This document shows positions 59,440-64,000 of a stretch of 64,000 nt of DNA, piece after piece. Below the pieces are notes generated by a model that saw only the letters and a list, made by a program, of their open reading frames with translations, searched no databases and was not told the DNA's origin. Origin of the DNA: an uncultured virus (IMG/VR IMGVR_UViG_3300005588_000005) (Duplodnaviria; Heunggongvirae; Uroviricota; Caudoviricetes); IMG/VR virus record IMGVR_UViG_3300005588_000005. One strand, 5' to 3'. Numbering within the stretch: the first letter of the stretch is position 1; each line of letters opens with the position of its first letter. Made by a program: the position numbers and the translations under genes.

Positions 59440-60192
59440 CTAAGATTGCAACATGACGTAGCTTGCAGGGTAAGTCGCTTCCATTCTCGTCGTAAATTCA
59501 TCGTCGCTGGGACGCTTGTCTAGTGTGAAAAGACGACTCTTTGCAATGTGCAACGTTGCGTCGGCAATCGATTGTGGTGTCTGGAATGTGCTCAACGGGT
59601 CCGCAACCAGCCAATCATAACGACCAGCATCGGGAACACTTACCGCCGGTGAAACTTCAACAGTGACGCCAACGCGTTTATTGATCCAAGTTCTGGAAAT
59701 TCCATTATGAAGAAACTCGACTTCAGTGTCGTGCATGAACAAAGGAAGCCTGGAAATCATCCATTCGAATTTCTGGCCAAGAGAATCCATGTCCTGAGCA
59801 CAGTACGAAGATTCTTCGTTTCGACCAACCAAAAGAATACGCTTCAGATCGCTTGACCCAAGAGCGTATGCGTGCAACGCGACCATCAAAGCCAATTGCG
59901 TCGCGCCGTATTCCCGGTCGTACCAGAAAACCACATCCTTCTTTCCGGCATTCAAGCAAATCTCACGAAGGTTCTCTTCCTGATTCTTCCGGCAAATGAA
60001 CGGATTTTCTCTACCCGTACGTGGGTCAAAAACCCATCCGAACAGATTGCTAAACGCGACAATGTCATCGCGAAACACACTCAGTAATCCATCGCCGTTG
60101 AAGTCAGACGTCGCCATGAACCAAGACCTGTACACAAAGTTCAGCTGATGGTCAGTCGGAATGAATTTCGACACCAGATCGGATTGTGACAT
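59440..60192 (-). CDS. Degenerate paralogue of the TerL ATPase domain
   Basis: Collinear with the TerL N-terminus (WVFDPR, DSLG, LP.FM) but Walker motifs replaced. Confidence 0.7.
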   Translation of the reverse strand: MSQSDLVSKFIPTDHQLNFVYRSWFMATSDFNGDGLLSVFRDDIVAFSNLFGWVFDPRTGRENPFICRKNQEENLREICLNAGKKDVVFWYDREYGATQLALMVALHAYALGSSDLKRILLVGRNEESSYCAQDMDSLGQKFEWMISRLPLFMHDTEVEFLHNGISRTWINKRVGVTVEVSPAVSVPDAGRYDWLVADPLSTFQTPQSIADATLHIAKSRLFTLDKRPSDDEFTTRMEATYPASYVMLQS

Positions 60193-60241
60193 TGCGAAAC
60201 CTGCCGGATGGGGTTGAAGAAGAAATCGGATTCAGAAACCG

Positions 60242-61231
60242 CTATTCGGCGGGAACTTCGCCGGCAGATTCACCGGTCAAGTAATTCCCGGCAGGACGAT
60301 CGTTCAAAAGCTTCTGCTCAATCTCGCTGGAAGATTGACGGGTCACGCCAACCATGTCCTGCAGACAGCCGCCATCCTCCAACGTCTTTTTGAACGCCTC
60401 GCGAACATCGCCGACAGTCTGGTAACCAGCCGATTCCAGAACCCGACGCGTGTAATCCGAAACGCCGGCCGAAGCCAAATGGACATCATCGCCATGAACC
60501 GGGTACGTGGATGCCGGAGCCGGAAGATCGCCACCGTCCGTCACACCTTCCTGCGACTGTTCCTCCTGTTCCGACGCCGGCGAATCACAACCCTCACCAC
60601 CATCCGAGGGATGAAACGTTTCATCCCCTTTCTGGGGAGTTCCGTCCGTTTCGCCCTCTTTCGCCACGTCATCGCAAACCGTTTCCTCCGGAGAGTAAGT
60701 CAGTGCGTCGCGCGGAACCTCCTCGCCGTCCGCGGCAGAATCCTCCACCGAGTTCACGCCCTCTGCTTGTGGCTCTCCTTCGGGAGAATCCATCTCCATC
60801 CGGCAAAGATCAATCCGGCGTGCCAAAACGTCCAAATATCGCTCCATGTGGTTGAACTGCTCTTGAAGCAGTTCCAAAGAAGTCAACGAAATGCCGCTAG
60901 GTGAACTGGACAAAACCAACTTCAAGCGAAGGCATCTCTCCCCAAGATCCGCGTATTCGGCCGTCAAACGGACAAACCAATCAGGAGCACCATCAGGTAC
61001 GTGCATCAATTCCACATACCCAGATTCAAACGACTCCGCCGGACATACAGACTGGTAATCGTCCTCGTACATCACAAAGTACGCGCCAGCATGCGGCGAA
61101 TGACGCTGAAAGAAGTCGCTACGCAAAGGCTTGATCGCCTCGCCATTCTCGCCGTAAATCTTCCCGTTCTCTGTCCGTGAAATCTTGAAAGCACGAACAA
61201 CACACTGACTCTTGTAAAGAGATCCCGTCAT
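60242..61231 (-). CDS. Multidomain protein: YEDxYQSxxP domain, helical domain, acidic linker, RNAP alpha-CTD-like HhH
   Basis: YFVMYEDDYQSVCPAESFESGY; LLQEQFNHMERYLDVLARRI; VSDYTRRVLESAGYQTVGDV...MVGV...EIEQKL. Confidence 0.65.
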   Translation of the reverse strand: MTGSLYKSQCVVRAFKISRTENGKIYGENGEAIKPLRSDFFQRHSPHAGAYFVMYEDDYQSVCPAESFESGYVELMHVPDGAPDWFVRLTAEYADLGERCLRLKLVLSSSPSGISLTSLELLQEQFNHMERYLDVLARRIDLCRMEMDSPEGEPQAEGVNSVEDSAADGEEVPRDALTYSPEETVCDDVAKEGETDGTPQKGDETFHPSDGGEGCDSPASEQEEQSQEGVTDGGDLPAPASTYPVHGDDVHLASAGVSDYTRRVLESAGYQTVGDVREAFKKTLEDGGCLQDMVGVTRQSSSEIEQKLLNDRPAGNYLTGESAGEVPAE

Positions 61232-61290
61232 CTTCTGTTCCTGTTCTGAGGGAAACAACGCCGCCGAACATCAGCGGCAACCCTCAGACA

Positions 61291-61965
61291 TTAACCCTTA
61301 GAACGAGCAGACGCCAGATCCGAAAGCCACTTGTCAATCTCATCACGCATCTTGTCTCGCTCCAAAGGCTCCTCCTCAACAGAATCCTCCTCCTCAACCT
61401 CAACAGGCGACTCCGAACCAGAAACAACCGGCTTCGACTTCAAAGCCTTCTGAACCCACTCCCGGTAAAAACCCTTCTTGTCACGCATCCAATGCTGCAA
61501 CAAACCAACCGCAGCGCGACTCGGAGCATCCTCAATATCCGAAGCCAACAACTCATACTCGTCATCCCGCAAAACCATCGCCGGATGACTCTCCACCCAA
61601 CGCAGTGCACCAACAGGATCCTTCTCAACAACACTCAAACCCAAAAAAACACGCTCATACTCAGTCTGAGCAACCCGACGATTCTCCTCCGCAATCTCCG
61701 ACAACTCCTCACGCTCAAGACGATTCGCCTCCTCACGCAACAAGCGGTCAAACTGACGCTTCATCGTGTCCTTCTTGTTCGAAGGAATCAACTTCTCCAA
61801 CACCCGGTCCAAACAAGCTCCATACAAGCTCGCATCCACAGGCATCCCCGTCCGCTCCGACTCCTCCTTCGCCCAAACACGAGCAACCCGAATCATGTCC
61901 CCATGAATCCCAAGCTCCTTCGCCTCCTGAATCCGAGCATTGCGGTCAAAACCTCGCTTCCCCAT
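61291..61965 (-). CDS. Hypothetical protein, candidate terminase small subunit
   Basis: First gene of the packaging operon; GAGG RBS; call rests on position only. Confidence 0.5.
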   Translation of the reverse strand: MGKRGFDRNARIQEAKELGIHGDMIRVARVWAKEESERTGMPVDASLYGACLDRVLEKLIPSNKKDTMKRQFDRLLREEANRLEREELSEIAEENRRVAQTEYERVFLGLSVVEKDPVGALRWVESHPAMVLRDDEYELLASDIEDAPSRAAVGLLQHWMRDKKGFYREWVQKALKSKPVVSGSESPVEVEEEDSVEEEPLERDKMRDEIDKWLSDLASARSKG

Positions 61966-62519
61966 ACCACGAATCCTCATACGAAAAATGCCGGGCGAAC
62001 GTGAGCCTTCACCCGGCATACTGAGAAATTGCGAGCTCCCCAGAAAGAGGGCAGCACCGAAACGCCGCCACCAACCACAAATGGAAGATGCTCACGACTC
62101 CACGAATCATAGACCCACAAACACACCTTTTCAATCAAACAAAAGGCACCCCCCATCACCAAAACCAAAATGGGGCCCCCGAAAACATCCCAAAACACCA
62201 CAGAATGACACGCCAAAACCCGGTTTCGCTAAATCTGTCTAAACGGGCTAACTTAGGTACCAGCAATCGCGAGCCGGCGATCGCGGGTCAAAACTGAAAT
62301 CCGGATGGGTCCCTCTTTTCCCCTTAGACCCAAAAACACCTCAATCAGGCGTGTTCTCGCCAAACCAAGGACCAACGTGTCATCGATCCTGCACCACCTA
62401 AGGACGCATAAACAATGGAGTGCGACCCTAGCTCAAAATCGTGGCGAGGACACGCCAGGACGCTGCCGAGCGAGCCCGTGGGGAGGCAGGCGAACACGAC
62501 CAGACACGCACATTTTAGC

Positions 62520-62840
62520 TCGTTCGCCTCATCTGTCGCCGTTTCGGTTGCTTGTTGGCGGCGTTGTGGTGTCTGTCTGTCGGTGCTGTGGGTTGCTTGG
62601 TTGGTTGTCGTCGTTCGCGTCGTCCGATGGCTGTTGTGGTGGCCTGGTTGCGTGTTGTTGGTCTGTCCGATGTGGTCTTCGTCGTGCGGTTTCTGTTGTC
62701 GTTCGTCGTGTTGTCGTCTTCCGGTGGTTGTTGGTCTTTGGTTGGTCTTGTGGTTATTGGTCTTTGGGAGGGAGCATTGGTCGGAAAATCTGGTTTTCGG
62801 ATGTCGATCTGTTGTGCGGGTTCGGTTGTTGATCGGGGTC
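62520..62840. other. G/T-rich low-complexity non-coding tract
   Basis: Nearly A-free GTT/GTC/GGT runs, facing a C/A-rich tract at 61300-62350. Confidence 0.75.
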
Positions 62841-62864
62841 GGAGCGGTCGCCGACTGACGAATC

Positions 62865-62944
62865 TACTGACAACCATGTCAGTAGCTGAAACACGGGGTT
62901 TTTGGCGTTTTGAAAACGAGTTTGTGTCTCCGTCGTCGAATGGG
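62865..62944 (+). repeat. Dispersed tripartite element, copy 3
   Basis: TACTGACAaccaTGTCAGTA-GCTGAAACACGGGGTTTTT...GTGTCTCCGTCGTCGAATGGG. Confidence 0.9.
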
Positions 62945-63059
62945 GTCGATAAAAAGTTTGAGAAAATTCTGATTTTGTTTGTAACATTTCGGTGGTTTGT
63001 CCGCTTAATACATTGCGAGCTCGTTCTTACCCACCACACCAAAAACTGAGAGACTGACC

Positions 63060-63554
63060 ATGTACTACGCAGTAGTGACGTTCGGCACAAAGCCGCAACA
63101 GACAGTATTCGGCGACCTGGAAAGAGCCAGAGTAGCCGCGGCGCGTGCCGTTGGCTGCGGTTCTTGTACCGATTCCCGTGTCTACGCATGTGAGACGCGA
63201 CAACTTGCCGAGACGGCGAACATCGGTGCTGTCCGTGCCGGTGAGTCGATTGTTCACACAAAGATGCTGGTGGACGAGGCGAAAACGGCTGATGTGCCGA
63301 TTACGATTGATGGAAAGCCTGCGACAATCGCTGAAGTTGAAGCGTATGCAGAGACGCACGGTTGCGAACCGCTGCCCGATGATTTCCAGCCTGCCGAACT
63401 TGGCGATTCGATCCACGTCACCGAAAAGAACGTGACCGGCTTTATTGTCGAAATCGATCCTTGTGAGTGGTGCTACGTCATTCGTACCGCTTCCGGCTTG
63501 GTTGTCGTTGGCTGGAATGAACCGCACACCGTAATTGACGGATCGCAAGCGTAG
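63060..63554 (+). CDS. Hypothetical (early-type) protein
   Basis: 164-aa ORF after an AT-rich region; start of a divergent unit. Confidence 0.65.
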   Translation: MYYAVVTFGTKPQQTVFGDLERARVAAARAVGCGSCTDSRVYACETRQLAETANIGAVRAGESIVHTKMLVDEAKTADVPITIDGKPATIAEVEAYAETHGCEPLPDDFQPAELGDSIHVTEKNVTGFIVEIDPCEWCYVIRTASGLVVVGWNEPHTVIDGSQA

Positions 63555-63673
63555 CGGCTTGTCGGTCTGACTCGGCCGACGTGACCATGCCCCGGTTGCG
63601 TCGGTCCTTTCAGGCTTACAACGTCGTCAAGCTTGGTTTTGTTTCACTCCTATCCGCTACTATGGAGTCTGCT

Positions 63674-64000
63674 ATGTCTCGATCTTCTGAAGGGTTTTCC
63701 GACCCGTTTTCTCGGTCTTTCACGCTCGGACAGGTGATGGCCATCCGTGAATGCGTCAATCGTGTGCTCGACAAGGCCAATCTTGCATCGCCAGAACGCC
63801 GCGAATTGTACGAGGCGATGCGATTGTCCAATGACATCCTCGAACGTCACGGCGCACGCAAGGTGATGGACTTCGGCGGGGTGGAATTGGTCAATGAAGA
63901 GAATCATCGCCCAAACCCCTGCCCTCGTTGCTTTGGTCAACTGCCGGGACGGCTCGTCGATGGCGTCTGCGACCAGTGCGACCACGTTGTAAATGAGGTG
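63674..64000 (+). CDS. Hypothetical protein, 3' partial
   Basis: GGAG RBS; hand translation MSRSSEGF...CPRC...CDQC, open to the window edge. Confidence 0.6.
   Translation, partial: MSRSSEGFSDPFSRSFTLGQVMAIRECVNRVLDKANLASPERRELYEAMRLSNDILERHGARKVMDFGGVELVNEENHRPNPCPRCFGQLPGRLVDGVCDQCDHVVNEV

Noticed and set aside
62305..63261. Several ORFs across the G/T-rich tract
   Set aside because: Low-complexity sequence lacks stop codons; translations are compositionally implausible
63572..63613. Hairpin between early genes considered as a hammerhead ribozyme
   Set aside because: Has CTGA but lacks the CUGANGA/GAAA core; only a simple stem-loop
1..64000. CRISPR array, integrase or att site
   Set aside because: No regularly spaced repeat-spacer run and no recombinase motif seen; lifestyle cannot be determined

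Overview
The whole window looks like one tailed-phage genome segment (phage or prophage; no integrase or host gene is visible), with nearly all genes on the minus strand. From right to left it holds: packaging and head genes (putative TerS, a degenerate TerL paralogue, TerL, portal, scaffold, capsid; 62-50 kb); podovirus-like tail, spike and adaptor genes (49-36 kb); three putative ejection proteins, ending in a 3845-aa DarB-like ParB/methyltransferase/Strawberry-notch-helicase protein (36-21.6 kb); small accessory genes with structured non-coding stretches and a ProQ/FinO gene (21.5-14 kb); an exported-protein/subtilase/holin cassette (14-10 kb); and a recombination/replication/methylation module (9.7-0 kb). 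A Planctomycetota-like host is a tentative inference from protein style. The most notable items are: (1) a tripartite ~80-bp element present three times at ~27-kb spacing; (2) three terminator/antiterminator leaders plus a ~380-nt candidate structured RNA, beside a phage ProQ; (3) a motif-dead TerL ATPase paralogue; (4) a head-tail adaptor domain split by a tailspike-like insert; (5) an HNH cassette flanked by two copies of a gene start. All family calls come from motifs recognised by eye; no searches were run.
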